From Candidatus Marinacidobacterales bacterium (GTDB lineage: Bacteria; Acidobacteriota; Vicinamibacteria; Marinacidobacterales; SMYC01): 64,000 nt of DNA. The stretch is taken from NCBI GenBank assembly GCA_965237685.1, contig CBDEGF010000002.1, forward strand, positions 487,043 to 551,042. Direction: 5' to 3'. Position numbers and translations under genes: made by a program. Positions 29,360-41,442 of the stretch are shown one piece after another. The notes under the pieces were generated by a model. That model worked only from the letters and a program-made list of their open reading frames with translations. It ran no database searches and was not told the origin of the DNA. Within the stretch, counting starts at the first letter, position 1. Each line of letters begins with the position of its first letter.

Positions 29360-29552
29360 GGAGGTCAACGCCGCAGGCGTCGATCCCGCCTCCGCCAGCT
29401 TCATCGTTTCTGCTGGCTGGCTACGGCGAGGCTCGCTGAAGCCTTGGCGAAGGTGGCCGTTCTCCCTCTCCCTGTGAGGGAGAGGGTGGCGGCGCGAGCC
29501 CGCCATCGTCTGCGAGTGCGGCCGGGTGAGGGTGCATCCAGCATCCAGTGAC

Positions 29553-30260
29553 AACCGCCGCGGGAAGCTCCGCGCGGGCTTTTTCGGGGCCGAGCCCTGG
29601 AGCGAACCGATGCGCAAGGAGATCGAGGCCCGTCTGGGGGTCGAGGCCTTCGACATCTACGGCCTCAGCGAGATCATCGGGCCGGGCGTGGCGGTGGAGT
29701 GCTCGGAGCATCACGGATTGCACATCTGGGAAGATCATTTCCTCCCGGAGGTCGTCGATTCCGGGACCGGCGAAGCTTTGCCGCACGACGGCGAAGGCGA
29801 GCTGGTGCTTACCTCCCTGACCAAACAGGCGCTGCCTCTCCTGAGATACCGGACACGAGACCGCGTCCGTCTCAACCGGGAGCCGTGCGGTTGCGGCCGG
29901 ACGCTGACGCGAATGAGCAAGGTCACGGGTCGTACCGACGACATGCTCATCGTCCGTGGCGTCAACGTCTTTCCCTCCCAGATCGAAGAGGCGCTCCTGA
30001 CACTGGACGAGCTGGCGCCTCAGTACCTCATCCTGGTGGATCGCAGGGTCGATCACCTCGACGATCTGGAAATCTGGGTCGAGCCCACCGCCGAGGTCCA
30101 GTCACAGGGAGGGTACGCGCTCGGCCGGCTCCAGGAGAAAGCGCACGAGCGCGTCGTCCAGGCCCTCGGCATCAACGTTCGGGTCCGTGTCGTCGCGCCC
30201 CGTGAGATCGAGCGAAGTCAGGGCAAGGCGGTTCGCGTCATCGATCGCCGTCCGGAGTAG
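29553..30260 (+). pseudogene. paaK: Phenylacetate-CoA ligase, C-terminal half only
   Basis: FGAEPWSE, DIYGLSEIIGPGVA.EC, HIWEDHF, LLRYRTRD, GRTDDMLIVRGVNVFPSQIE; N-terminus missing. Confidence 0.85.
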
Positions 30261-31047
30261 TCGCGCACTGCCTCTGGTGTTGGCGCGCGCGTGGTGCCCA
30301 GATTGACGAGAAGGATCGGTGAGGTAGCGCGCCCCACCATGAGCGTAGGCGAGGGGATTGTCCGAGTCGACATCGATGCGAATCAGTGAGCCCGGGATGA
30401 AGAACTCGCTCGGCCGCATCCCCTTGACGACGTTCCGTACCGGAAGACCGAGCTCCTTTCCAATCGATTCGAGCTGCCCTCGGTCGGCCTCTTTAATAAT
30501 GATGGAAAAAGGGGGACAGGTAATTCTTTTTTCCATTTTCGTAAAAAGAATTGCTACATTACTGTCGGTCGCGGGAACCGAGCCGCGACCTACTTCTGCG
30601 CGTTCAGTTCCGACACCTCCGAGTCGAGCTTCTGAATCTTCTTGAACTCGGCGGCGTCTTTGAACATGTGCGCTATCAAGGCCAGACTCAGAAGGGCCAG
30701 CCAGGCGATATGCCAATCCATGATCCACCCCCGCGCGTTCCCCTTGCAGGCGTGGTGCCATCCTGGCTGGGTTCACCGGCTTTACGGTTCAGTGACTTGC
30801 GAGTAGAGCGGCCTCCGAAGGGGGGAAATCGCCCGGCGAATGAGGAACACCACGCAGGGCGCAGGACTCGACCGCATTGCTCGAGAGCTTCGGGATTGCG
30901 AGCCTCCGTTCATTCCTTAGAACGGCACTTCATCGCCCCTGGGCTGCAGTCTGTTCCTTGAAACGGCACCTCATGCCGGTGGATCCGCGCCGGCGTGGCA
31001 CCTGTCGAGGACGGATTCGTTTGTGTTAGGCTCCCCGCGGTCGCCGA

Positions 31048-32400
31048 ATGTCTGGAGCGAGCCTGGTTCGTCGCATCGGTGTCGTGGGTGCCACCGCCCT
31101 CGTCGTCTCCAACATGATCGGCACCGGCATCTTCACGACGACAGGCTTTCTCGCCGGAGATCTGGGCTCGCCCGGTCTGGTCATCTTCATCTGGATCGTT
31201 GGCGGTGGCATCGCGCTCGCCGGCGCCCTCTGCTACGTGGAGCTTGCGCTCAACTTTCCCCGCTCGGGCGGGGAGTACGTGTACCTGTCAGAGGCCTGGG
31301 GACCGGCCTGGGGCTTCATCAACGGCTGGGTCAGCTTCTTCGCCGGCTTCTCCGCTCCCGTCGCCGCCGCGGCGCTGGCGATCTCCGCCTATCTGGGGTT
31401 GAGTGATGCGGGGCGCGCACTCCCGGCGGGTCCACTGACGTTCCATCTCGGCGATGCGCAGCTAGCGGCCTGCGCCGTTGTGGTGATCTTCACCGTCCTC
31501 AACGTTCTCGGTGCCGGCGAGGTGGCGAGGCTTCAAACGCTTCTCACCGCCCTCAAGCTGCTCGTCATCGCCGGATTCCTGGGCCTCGGATTCTCGATCG
31601 GGCAAGGCGACGCGGCCCACTTCTCGGCGGTGGTGGAACGAAGCTCGAGCCTGTCTCTCTTCGAGCAGTTCGCCATCAGCCTGGTGTTCGTGTACTTCGG
31701 CTACAGCGGGTGGAACGCGGCCGTCTATGTCGCCGAAGAAGTCGAAGAGCCCGAGAAGACCTTCCCCATCGCCCTCGCCGCCGGCACCGCTCTGGTCATG
31801 GTTCTGTACGTGGCGCTGAACGTCCTCTACATCTACGGCTCGTCGCTCGAGGATCTCAAGGGGGTCGTCGCGGTGGGCTCAGTGGTGGCGAGCGCGCTCT
31901 TCGGCTCCGAGACGGCGCGAATCTTCAGTCTCGCCATGGCCTTCTCTCTGCTTGCCACGGTCAACGCCATGTGTCTCGTCGGCCCCCGGGTCTACTACGC
32001 GATGGCGCAAAACCGGGCTTTTTTTCCCGTCGCGGCGCGCATCCATCCGAAGTGGAAGAGTCCCTGGGTGGCCGTGGTGATGCAAGGGGTATGCACGGTG
32101 CTTCTCATCGTCATTCCCACCTTCCGGGGCCTAGTGCTCTACATCGGGTTCACCCTTTACTTGTTCACTGCTCTTTCCGTTCTGGGCCTGTTCAAGTTTC
32201 GGCGTCGTGCGGGCTGGAAGCGGTTCGCCTGGCTCGACCGCACCTATCCGCTGATCCCTCTGCTGTATGTGGGCATGAGCGGCTGGGTGCTCGTCTTTTC
32301 CATCCGGGGCGCCCCGGTCGCATCGGGCATGGCTCTCGCGACGGTGCTCGGAGGGGCGCTGGTCTATCACTTCTATATCTCCCGTCTGCGGGCGGAGTAG
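31048..32400 (+). CDS. APC-family amino acid permease
   Basis: NMIGTGIF, PRSGGEYVYL, YSGWN, ~12 TM helices. Confidence 0.93.
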   Translation: MSGASLVRRIGVVGATALVVSNMIGTGIFTTTGFLAGDLGSPGLVIFIWIVGGGIALAGALCYVELALNFPRSGGEYVYLSEAWGPAWGFINGWVSFFAGFSAPVAAAALAISAYLGLSDAGRALPAGPLTFHLGDAQLAACAVVVIFTVLNVLGAGEVARLQTLLTALKLLVIAGFLGLGFSIGQGDAAHFSAVVERSSSLSLFEQFAISLVFVYFGYSGWNAAVYVAEEVEEPEKTFPIALAAGTALVMVLYVALNVLYIYGSSLEDLKGVVAVGSVVASALFGSETARIFSLAMAFSLLATVNAMCLVGPRVYYAMAQNRAFFPVAARIHPKWKSPWVAVVMQGVCTVLLIVIPTFRGLVLYIGFTLYLFTALSVLGLFKFRRRAGWKRFAWLDRTYPLIPLLYVGMSGWVLVFSIRGAPVASGMALATVLGGALVYHFYISRLRAE

Positions 32401-32413
32401 GCGCGTATTACCG

Positions 32414-32568
32414 TTACTTGGGTCGGGAGCGGCGGTCGGATGCCGACTTCCGTGGCGCCTCCTCAGTCGACACGTCTTCCCAGAAATCGTCGTGCTTCAT
32501 GCCTCCAGTGCGCCGGATGCGTTCCTCGGCAGCCTCCAGAAGGCGGCGAAACCGTGGTGTGTGTGCGA
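32414..32568 (-). pseudogene. Possible antitoxin C-terminal fragment
   Basis: LAHTPRFRRLLEAAEERIRRTGGMKHDDFWE...* resembles tails of Phd/YefM-type antitoxins. Confidence 0.4.
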
Positions 32569-32644
32569 GTCATTGCCCTATCATTTATTATGGCAAACGC
32601 TACTCTGAACAGCTTTGGAAGCCGCCCTCGGTAGGGAGCGCTGG

Positions 32645-32987
32645 ATGTTTCGAAACCGTCTCTTCTGGATTCTCTTTGCACTCGTTGCCGCCGCGTGCGC
32701 CGTCGTTCCTCGGAGCGTGGGTCGTGGGTGGATTGGTGAGCGGTATCGTACTCCTCGCCTTCTATGTTTTCCTGGTGCGTTTCGAGCTCGCGCTCGTGCC
32801 ACTCGCCGCTGGTACACTCACTGCCCTGGGCGAGCTCCAGGGGGGCCTGCAGCAGGCCTACGGCGCGGCGCTCCCAGGTGCCGTTGTGAGCGCCGTACTC
32901 ATCGCCGCCCTTGCGGCGTTGTGGAGCGGCAGAATCCAGCGAGGAATTCTCGGGAGTCCGGCCGGCGTCGCAGAGCCTCCTGACTGA
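32645..32987 (+). pseudogene. Membrane protein reduced to its N- and C-termini
   Basis: GGGAG RBS, MFRNRLFWILFALVAAACAV joined out of frame at ~32705 to multi-TM C-terminus. Confidence 0.55.
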
Positions 32988-33227
32988 CCAACCGTGTTTC
33001 ATCGACTAGGATCTCATACGTCGGCATCCTTGTGAGCACGCATGTAGGAACGCAGGATCGCGTTGATGCGAGTCTGGTATCCCCTGCCCTGCTTGCGGTA
33101 CCACTTCCGTGCCGGCAAAGGTACGACAACCGACGAGATCCTGGACGCCGGATTCGTTCTCGAAAAAGAGGTCCCGCTGCTACCGTCTACGTACTACTTT
33201 CTCGTTTTCGAGGAACGTTGAGAGATT

Positions 33228-34847
33228 TTACTTGACAACAAACGGCTCATTCACCGCATTGACCGGGTCGACACCCTTTTTCGATTCCTTGGTCATCCGG
33301 GCGACCTCTTCCATCAACTTGTCGTTGTTGATGACGATCCCATCCTTGATGGTATGTACGATTCCCTTCGTGCGATACATCTGGCCGTTTTCGTCCAGGG
33401 TCAGCGCACCGAAGGAATACAGGAATCGCAGGTTATAGGCGGGACTGCCGTCCACGATGAGAAGGTCGGCGATATACCCGGGACGTACCAGGCCGAGTCT
33501 GTCCTGGCGCAGGGTCTGGGCACTGTAGTGGGTCGCCGCGCGGAGGACTTCGAGCGTATGCATGCCGGTCTCCCTGAGCAGCTGTAGCTCTCGGATATTG
33601 GAAAAGCCCGGGGTGCCCCACGTGTAATTATCATCCGTCCCGTAGGAGACGTGGCCACCGCGTTTGTTGAACTCGAAAATCAAGTCTCCCCACAGATCGA
33701 ACGCGTAGTACCAGTAGTACTCGTCGTCGGAGGTCCAGTCATAATGAAAGACGGCGTGCAGATTCGGGTTTGGCACGCTCCAGTCGATCAGGGCCTGATG
33801 GGTGTACTTCTCGTGCCAGGGTCGGCTGACCTTCCGGAGCCAGTCACGATTGGCCTCGTAAGTGACACGTGTGGGGAGCATGTGTACGCCGGATTCCACG
33901 AGAGCATCTACGACTTCGTTCAAGAGTCGGTCTTTGTTGGCCTCTGACCATACCTTTCCGGCGTGACGAAAGCGGGCGTTCTCGTCGTTGTAGCTGTAGT
34001 CTCTCGGGTAATCCTGCACCGTCCGGTCCAGCGAGGATTCGGCATAAGCATAATGGTGCTCGATCATCGTCACACCCAATCGGGCGGCATCGACCGCGTT
34101 GGTGACGGGGGTCGTGCTCGGGGGAATGTGATACGTCGTGATGCCTCCGGCGTCATAAACGGCCTTGCAGACCGCGCCCAGTAGCTCCGGATTCCAGCCG
34201 AGAGGGCCGACGGTGACGACGTGCGCCCCGGCGGCGACCATTTCCGCTGCCACCGTCTGAGCGTTCGCCGGATTTTCGAGAAACTCACGGTTGTAATCGG
34301 TACTCTCGCCCCACCTGAAGATGGGGAACATTCTTGGGGCCAGTATCTCGTTGTCGGCGCTCCGCTCGGCCTCCTCCACCGCCTGCTCGAGGCCCCGGTC
34401 CGCAGCGGGAACCATCGTCGTCGAGCCATGAGCCAGTTTGAGGTAGTACACGTACTGGAGCTCCATCGGCAACTGACGCAGATGCATGTGCAGATCGATC
34501 ATGCCCGGCATTACGTACATGCCTTCGGCATCGATGACGCGATCACCGGTGGCACGCCTCGCATCGCCCCGGCGTCCAACGCTCACCGGATCGAATATCG
34601 TCATGTCGGTGATCCGGTTCCCCTCGATGACGATGTCGTACGGGCCCACCGGCGGACCGCCATGGCCCGGAATGACCATGGCATTGAGGATGACCAGCTT
34701 GTCGTAAGGCCCGTCCGCCAGGTTGCCGAAATCTCCGGTCTGTGCGGTTGCCTCTTCGCTCGAGACCAGCACTGCACACAAGGCCAGCAGCGAAACGGAC
34801 ACAAGAAGACGTCGCGTCAGCTTGTCAGCTCTACCCATGTATTCCAT
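33228..34847 (-). CDS. Secreted amidohydrolase family protein
   Basis: MPGMIDLHMH, IEHHY, GTDD, GLVRPGYIADLLIVDG. Confidence 0.9.
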   Translation of the reverse strand: MEYMGRADKLTRRLLVSVSLLALCAVLVSSEEATAQTGDFGNLADGPYDKLVILNAMVIPGHGGPPVGPYDIVIEGNRITDMTIFDPVSVGRRGDARRATGDRVIDAEGMYVMPGMIDLHMHLRQLPMELQYVYYLKLAHGSTTMVPAADRGLEQAVEEAERSADNEILAPRMFPIFRWGESTDYNREFLENPANAQTVAAEMVAAGAHVVTVGPLGWNPELLGAVCKAVYDAGGITTYHIPPSTTPVTNAVDAARLGVTMIEHHYAYAESSLDRTVQDYPRDYSYNDENARFRHAGKVWSEANKDRLLNEVVDALVESGVHMLPTRVTYEANRDWLRKVSRPWHEKYTHQALIDWSVPNPNLHAVFHYDWTSDDEYYWYYAFDLWGDLIFEFNKRGGHVSYGTDDNYTWGTPGFSNIRELQLLRETGMHTLEVLRAATHYSAQTLRQDRLGLVRPGYIADLLIVDGSPAYNLRFLYSFGALTLDENGQMYRTKGIVHTIKDGIVINNDKLMEEVARMTKESKKGVDPVNAVNEPFVVK

Positions 34848-34902
34848 TTTGGACCCCCTGTTTTTGTTTGTGGATAAGGTTCGTCGGCATCGATCCGTCG
34901 TC

Positions 34903-35548
34903 TCAACCACCGCTGCGAACGATCCAGAGCCCCGTCTGTGGGCCCGTCAGGAAGCGGGCCGTGCCATCGGTATCGATCCATCCCCAGACCTCCATCAGGC
35001 GAGTGCGACCCGGTGTGATGACCTCATTGGAGAAAGCACGGCGAAGGATGTTCCATGTGCGCCAGCTCGCCTCGGTCTCGATCGCCAGCTCGGCAGGCGT
35101 GCGCCGGCTCACGTAGTCGATCACCAGCGGTTCTGACGACACGAGCCGCGATGCGTACTCCGGGCCAATGGCCTCCTCGAGATAGGCAAGCAGCTCGGCG
35201 GTGATGCCGTCGGCCATCGCCACCGTCCTGGACCGGTTGATGGCAATGCGCGTCGGATTGGCCTGTTGCACGTATTCCCGCAAGTGCGGTTCCAGCCCCT
35301 CTTCCCCGTAGCTCTCGATGCGCTCGAAGAAGCGATGCATGTGCTCACTCTGGTGCGTGCCGAGAATCACGCTCGTGAGCGGCCGGTCGCTGCCGGGATC
35401 GCGATGTAGGCGTTGCGATGCCCGTGCGCTCCAGAGCCAAGCCTGCCGGTTGGCAGGTGGAGAAGGCCGACGTGGTGGCTCCCGGTTCGGAGAGCGCGAC
35501 GGCAATCACCAGAGTCACAGCGATCGAGAGACGTCGGCGTAGGGTCAT
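34903..35548 (-). pseudogene. M24 (Xaa-Pro) peptidase-like gene, internally deleted
   Basis: Signal peptide, PTRIAINRS...ADGIT, AFSNEVITPGRTRLMEV fused to extreme C-terminus; catalytic domain absent. Confidence 0.7.
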
Positions 35549-35799
35549 GGTCGGTCCTGCCGTACAGTCGCACCGAATCGTTGCAGCCTGTCGCTCACGT
35601 GGCCTCCCACTCACCACTGAAGCCGCGCGAGACCATAATGACCCATGCGGTGACGTTGGGATTCATCGCTCGAATACGCTAACCCGCGCCAGAATCTATA
35701 CCAAGGACCCCATGACCGCCAGTCTTGTCTACATTTCGAGGCTCGGTGGCGCTCGCCAGGCCATCCAGCTAGAATCCTTTCACTCTCGGAGGCTCGTCT

Positions 35800-36048
35800 G
35801 TGTCCTTCAGCCCCGGTCAGAAACACGCCCATTACGAGATTGTCGAGCTCCTTGGCAAAGGCGGCATGGGTGAAGTCTATCGGGCGAAGGACTCCAAGCT
35901 CGGCAGGGACGTGGCGGTCAAAGTCCTGCCCGACGAGTTCGCCGAGGATGAAGAGCGCCTGCGACGATTTCAGCGCGAGGCCAAAGTCCTCGCTTCGCTG
36001 AACCATCCGAACATCGGCTCGATTTACGGCTTGGAGGAGTCGGAGGAC
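35800..36048 (+). pseudogene. Ser/Thr protein kinase N-terminal fragment
   Basis: LGKGGMGEVYRAKD...VAVKVL...LNHPNI; ends at IS21 sequence. Confidence 0.9.
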
Positions 36049-36049
36049 G

Positions 36050-37569
36050 ATGCAGAAGCTCGGTGCGAGTCGGCGGGAGTTGTACGAGAGGCTGGACCGG
36101 CCCGCCCTGAAACCGTTACCGCAGGAGCGCTACGAGTTATCGACGTGGAAGCGATGCCGGGTGAACATCGACTACCACGTGGATGTGGACGACAACTTGT
36201 ACAGCGTTCCCTATCAGCTCATTCACGAAAAAGTCGAGCTACGCCTGACGCCCTTGGTGGTGGAGGTCCTGTTCAAGGGAGAACGCGTCGCTTCGCATCA
36301 CCGAAAGAAAGGAAAAGGTCAGTTCGCAACGAATCCGGAGCACATGCCGCGTTCACGGTTGATCCACTGGGCCGAGAGGACAGGTCCTGCAACGGGTAGG
36401 CTGGTTTCCGAGATTCTGAGACGCCGGCCTCATCCGGAGCAGGGATTTCGCTCCTGCCTGGGAGTGATGCGACTGGGCCGACGCTGGGGCAACGAACGTC
36501 TCGAGGCCGCTTGCGTGCGAGCGGAGGCTTTGAGCTCTTACACCTATCGCACGGTGAAAAACATTCTCTCGGCTGGCCTCGATCGTGTGGTGCTCGAAGC
36601 GGACGGCGAAGCGAAACCGCGAGAGGAGCACGGGAACATCCGAGGAGCCGATTACTACGAAGGAGGAGAGTTCCGATGCTGAGACACGAAACGACGGAAA
36701 AAATGAACACCATGAAGTTGTTCGGCATGGTGTCCTCGTTCGAAGCCCAGCTGAGCTCGAGCGAGTACAAAGAGCTGAGCTTTGAGGAACGCGTGGGGCT
36801 CATGGTCGATGCCGAGTGGACCGAGCGCGAACAGCGTAAGCTTTCTCGACGACTGCGGGCTGCGAAACTCCGCTATCCGGCATGTTTGGAGAACGTGAAC
36901 TTCCAAGCGCAGCTCTCCCGTCTTCGGATCGACGATGTGGGGTTTCTTCCCCGAGAAGTCCACGAACGTCTTCTCGCCCGCTCGATGCCGTTGACGCATC
37001 GTCGGATTCAGCTTCTTCTTCCACCGCCCGTACAGCTCGCAATACCGGCTGTAGCGGTACGCTCCCGGGTTGTCCTCGGCGTACTCCACCCACAGCTGCA
37101 GCAGCGTTAGCCCTCGGTGCCGCTTCAGCTCCTCGTGGATGTAGGCGAAGTCCGCCCTCACTCGCTCTCGTGACGACGGCGGTGGCGGAAACAGCCGCGC
37201 CTCCAGCTTCGAGTCACTCAGCTCCTCCGGAAGCGGCCAGCTCAGCCCCCGCTTCTTTGCCTTGGCCAGGTACTCGCTCACCGTCCCCACCGCCACATGA
37301 AGCGCTTGCGCGATCGAACGGTGGGTAAAGCCCACCTCGTGCTTCAGCCTTAGAATCTCTCGTATCTTTCTCATCGATAACCTCTTAGCTGCCATTGCTA
37401 GGTCGTCCTCCTTCCGGTACGACCTAGACTGCCTCGAAAAGCGCTACCGATGAGCGTTCACGATGCCCGAGACCGGTGTTCACCTTCCCCGGAATCCGTG
37501 TTCACGATGCTTTGGAATGGATGTTCACGTTCGGCTGGAATCTGCGTTCACGATGCCCCGGAATACACA
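36050..37569. mobile_element. Scrambled IS21-family element
   Basis: istA C-terminal part (+, 36050-36682), istB start (+, 36676-~36908), inverted istA N-terminus (-, ~36908-37395), left end TGTGTATTCCGGGGCATCGTGAAC at 37569. Confidence 0.88.
37452..37569 (-). repeat. IS21 subterminal transposase-binding repeats
   Basis: Five GTTCAC-containing units at ~22-23-bp period. Confidence 0.85.
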
Positions 37570-37679
37570 ATAGAGACGACAAAAGGGGCGGGAAGCCTCC
37601 CTGATAGCCAAAATCTTGCAGCACCGGTTGATCCTGGAGCCGTCGGACACTAGATTGCTTCCATATAGAGGAGCGGCAC

Positions 37680-39216
37680 ATGGGTCTCAATCCTGGAACG
37701 AAGCTGGGTCCTTACGAAGTCCTGTCCCTCGTCGGAAAGGGTGGCATGGGCGAGGTCTACCGAGCCCGCGACACGAAACTCGGCCGCGAAGTCGCTATCA
37801 AAGTCTTGCCGGAGGCGTTCGCGCAGGACAAGGAACGCCTGGCCCGCTTCGAGCGCGAGGCACGTCTGCTCGCCTCGCTGAACCACCCCGGCATTGCCAC
37901 GTTGCATGGGCTCGAAGACTCGGGCGATGTCCACTTCCTGGTCATGGAGCTTGTCCCAGGTGAAACCCTCGCGGAGCGGATCGCTTCTGGCCCGCTCGAG
38001 GCGGACGAGGCCCTTCCGCTCTTCAAACAGAACGCGGAGGCCCTCGCGGCCGCACATGACAGGGGAGTCCTCCACCGGGACCTCAAGCCCGCCAACATCA
38101 AGGTGACACCCGACGGGAAGATCAAAGTTCTGGATTTCGGCCTGGCGAAGGCGTTTGGTGACGAGGGGGTCGAAGCTTCCGACACCTCGCGCTCACCCAC
38201 TCTGACCAGAGACGCCACACGAGCCGGCGTCCTTCTCGGCACCGCGCCCTACATGAGTCCCGAGCAAGCCCGCGGGAAGTCGGTGAACGCTCGTCTACCT
38301 CTCTGACGAGGTCACCAGGTGGAGCACTATACCAGTCTGGGTCGATCGGCAGGGAAACGCGCAGCCGCTCCTGGACACGCAGGAGGGTTGGCAGCTCCCG
38401 CGTCTCTCGCCCGACGGCCAGCGGCTTGCCGTCCGCATCGCTGAGAGACTTGCACCCGACATCTGGCTCCTCGACCTCGTGCGGGGCACGTTGACGCGAC
38501 TGACGTTCAGTGAAGGAGCTGACTCGTGGCCTGTGTGGTCGTCCGATGGCCAACAGGTGTTCTTTGGTTCGTCTCGAGCCGGCGGGAATGACCTCTTCTC
38601 GAAGCCCGCGGACGGGAGCGGTGAGGCCGCGCAATGGACGGCGGGCCCCGCTCGTTTCCCGACTTCGCTCTCGGCGGACGGGAATTTTTTGATCTTCAAT
38701 CAGATCGGTGAGACAGGTCACGAGATCGGTATGCTTCGCCTCGACGAAGGCGAGACGGAAATGATTCTTGAAACGCCGTTCAACGAGCACAGTGCCATGC
38801 TCTTGCCGGACGACCTCTGGCTCGCCTACGTATCGGACGAATCGGGCCGGAACGAAGTTAACGTGCGGCCCTTTCCCGCTCTCGACCGCAAATGGCAGGT
38901 TTCGACCGAAGGTGGCACCGAGCCCATGTGGGCGACGCCGAACGGCAACGAGCTCTTCTATCGAAGCGGCGACAGGATGATGGCGGTCGACATCCGTACC
39001 GACTCGGATTTCACCGCCGGTAAGCCCACCCTACTGTTCGAAGGACGGTACTTGTCCGTCCACTACACCGAGCCTGCATTCGCAAACTACGACGTCGCTC
39101 CAGACGGCCAGCGTTTCCTCATGCTCCGGGCAGCAGAGGAGGCGGGCCCCACGCGAATCAACGTCGTCCTCAACTGGTTCGAAGAGCTGAAACGGCGCGT
39201 GCCGGTGAACGACTGA
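37680..39216 (+). pseudogene. Ser/Thr kinase-TolB-like propeller protein, internally deleted
   Basis: HRDLKPAN, DFG, GTAPYMSPEQARG cut at ~38285 and joined to propeller C-terminus ending [11 protein letters not shown]. Confidence 0.88.
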
Positions 39217-39436
39217 CATCGCGGCGTCTCGAAAGGCCCAGCCAAAAAACGGCAAACGTTTGCCGGTTTTGTTTGAGGGATAAAACTCGCGTTCGGGTGC
39301 GCGGTCGCACGTCCTGTCAAGAGGAGAAAACTGCCTCCACACGACGACGGGACTCGAGATTTGGCTGCGGGAAGGGCTCGGATCGGCGAAGGCACACACG
39401 TCGGCCGACGACTTGGAGGACGGCTCGGACATTGAG

Positions 39437-40395
39437 CTAGGTGAGACACTGCAGGAGGCGCGCGTCACCGGGAAACAGGCTGAGCGCATCTCCCAATCGC
39501 AAGAGCGCCTGCTTCATGAGAGCAGGTGCCTCCCACCGAAGCTGGAACGGAGCTTTTCCTTTCACCCCGATGAGCTCGTCGTGCCGCATCGAATGGTGGA
39601 ATTCACAGATCGTCACGATGTTACTCGGGTCGTCGCGCGCCTTCCGCCCCTTCGTGCCGAAACGGCTTCGGAGCTCGATATGATGGGGATGGAGCTCGGA
39701 GCGGGCGGTACAACCGGGATATCGACAAGAATAACCGTCCCTCTCGTAGACGAGCCGATAAGTCGCCTGCTCGGACAACTCCCCGGGATTTGCGTTCGCC
39801 TCGGCGACGTCTTCGGGGACCGCCGCTGGCGTTTCCTCTCCGCCTGACGTCTCGGAGGTTTCTTCACCGCCACCCGAGGCATCGTCGTCATCATCATCGT
39901 CCTGCAGCTGGCCCCACGTGCCGATGAACTCTGCCGCCATGTACTCGAGACAGCGAGCGGGGCTCAGCTCAACGCCCGCCGCCTTGCGACAGAGCTCCAT
40001 CGCCAATTCCCAGACCTCGAACTGTCCTTCCGTCAGAAAGACACGGAGCGTGGTTCCCTCAATGGGCTGGTCGCGGATGAAGTTGTCGAGCACACGCACC
40101 GACATGGTGCGCGCCCGTTTCAGCCAGATGTCCTGATCCTCGGGCTTGGCCACGGCAGCGATACGCACGGCCTTGGACCATCCGATCGTTTTCGCGGCAA
40201 GTGCTTCGCGTAGCTTGGGGAGCTTGTCGAGAGAGCGGGCGAGCTCCAGGAAGTAGCGTACCTTCCTCTCGCCGAAGCCGAAGCGCTCGGCCGCATAGTC
40301 CTGAAGGTTTCGGTAGCCGAGCACCCGGTACGTGCGCTTGTTGCGCGCCTGGTACAGGTAGCAGCAGATGTGAAGCTCGGATGTTTCGAGCTGTT
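39437..40395 (-). CDS. HNH endonuclease (DUF222-like N-terminal region), native start lost
   Basis: RDGYSCRYPGC...HPHHI...NIVTICEFHH. Confidence 0.75.
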
Positions 40396-40399
40396 GGGT

Positions 40400-40578
40400 A
40401 CTTTCGTAGTACCGGTCCCGGGCGCCGGCGAAAGCTTTGAACTCCTCCGGGGAAACGTATCGGAGGTCGCCCACCGCGTTCCAGAACTCGTGATTGCCGA
40501 TCAGGGCGTGGACCCGTCCCCCGGCAGCCTTCGCTTGTCGCTCGAGGTCGATCAATAGATCCATGACCCTTCGCGACT
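40400..40578 (-). pseudogene. Metallophosphoesterase internal fragment
   Basis: SRRVMDLL...GGRVHALIGNHE...GDLRYVSPEE. Confidence 0.7.
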
Positions 40579-40579
40579 G

Positions 40580-40995
40580 GATGGGACCGAAGTGAACCAT
40601 CCAACGGCCGTCATCGACTTGCTCGAGACCGACGCGCTCTGACTTTAGACAGCTGCTTATGTACCACTGCTTGGACTCAAAAGAGAGCATTCCGTTGGGA
40701 TAGGTCTGGGCAACGTAGAAGTGCTCCGGGTATTCGAGTTGCGGGAGCTGACGAGGGTAGGGGCGGTGCGACGGCTGATAGCGAGATGCAGGCACCTCCT
40801 GACCAAGTGCCTCCATGCGGACGGATTTCGTTGTACTCCTCCCGGAACCGATCGAATGCCCGTTGCTGTGCTCGAAAGCTCGCTCGGGGCGGTTTAGCCG
40901 TCTCTGACTTCAAGGTGCTGTGCATCCGTTCATGTCTTCCGTTTTGATCGGGTCGGCCGGGCTGAATCCGCTCAGGACGGATTCCGAGACGAATC
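40580..40995 (-). mobile_element. IS481-family transposase C-terminal remnant
   Basis: PERIQPGRPDQNGRHERMHSTLK...FREEYNEIRPH(fs)EALG..PASRY. Confidence 0.8.
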
Positions 40996-41442
40996 CACCA
41001 AACGGTGCTGTCAAGTTGGCGAATCGCGCCCCAATATCCTGGGGTTCAGGGATGCGCCGTCAACCATATCTTGGGGTCGAATCGGCCTTGAAGCCCTCAA
41101 CTTGACAATACCGAAGCGGGTCGTGTTCTCCAGAACTGGGAGAAACAGACGTGAGCCGAGCTAGACGCGATGAATAGGCTGATTGCGTAATAGCTAAACA
41201 TCCTGCGGGGCGGGAGGATCCGACGATTCGTACCAGGATGCAACGATTTGGATCGGCTTTGGTGCATGGCGAATCGAGCCATCCAACAAAGCCCCTTGGC
41301 TCCGTTCTCGTTTTTGGACAGGACGGCCTGCTAGACGCCTCCTTTGCCGACGCCACCAGGAGGAGGAGAGCCTCGACGCTGTGTTAAGATCGCCGGGCTG
41401 TCTCCCTGCCCCAAGAGATACGATGAGATAAGAAGAGACAAG

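Noticed and set aside
37452-37569. Periodic 22-23-bp repeats resembling a mini CRISPR array
   Set aside because: No unique spacers and no cas genes; they sit at the IS21 end upstream of istA, as expected for transposase-binding sites
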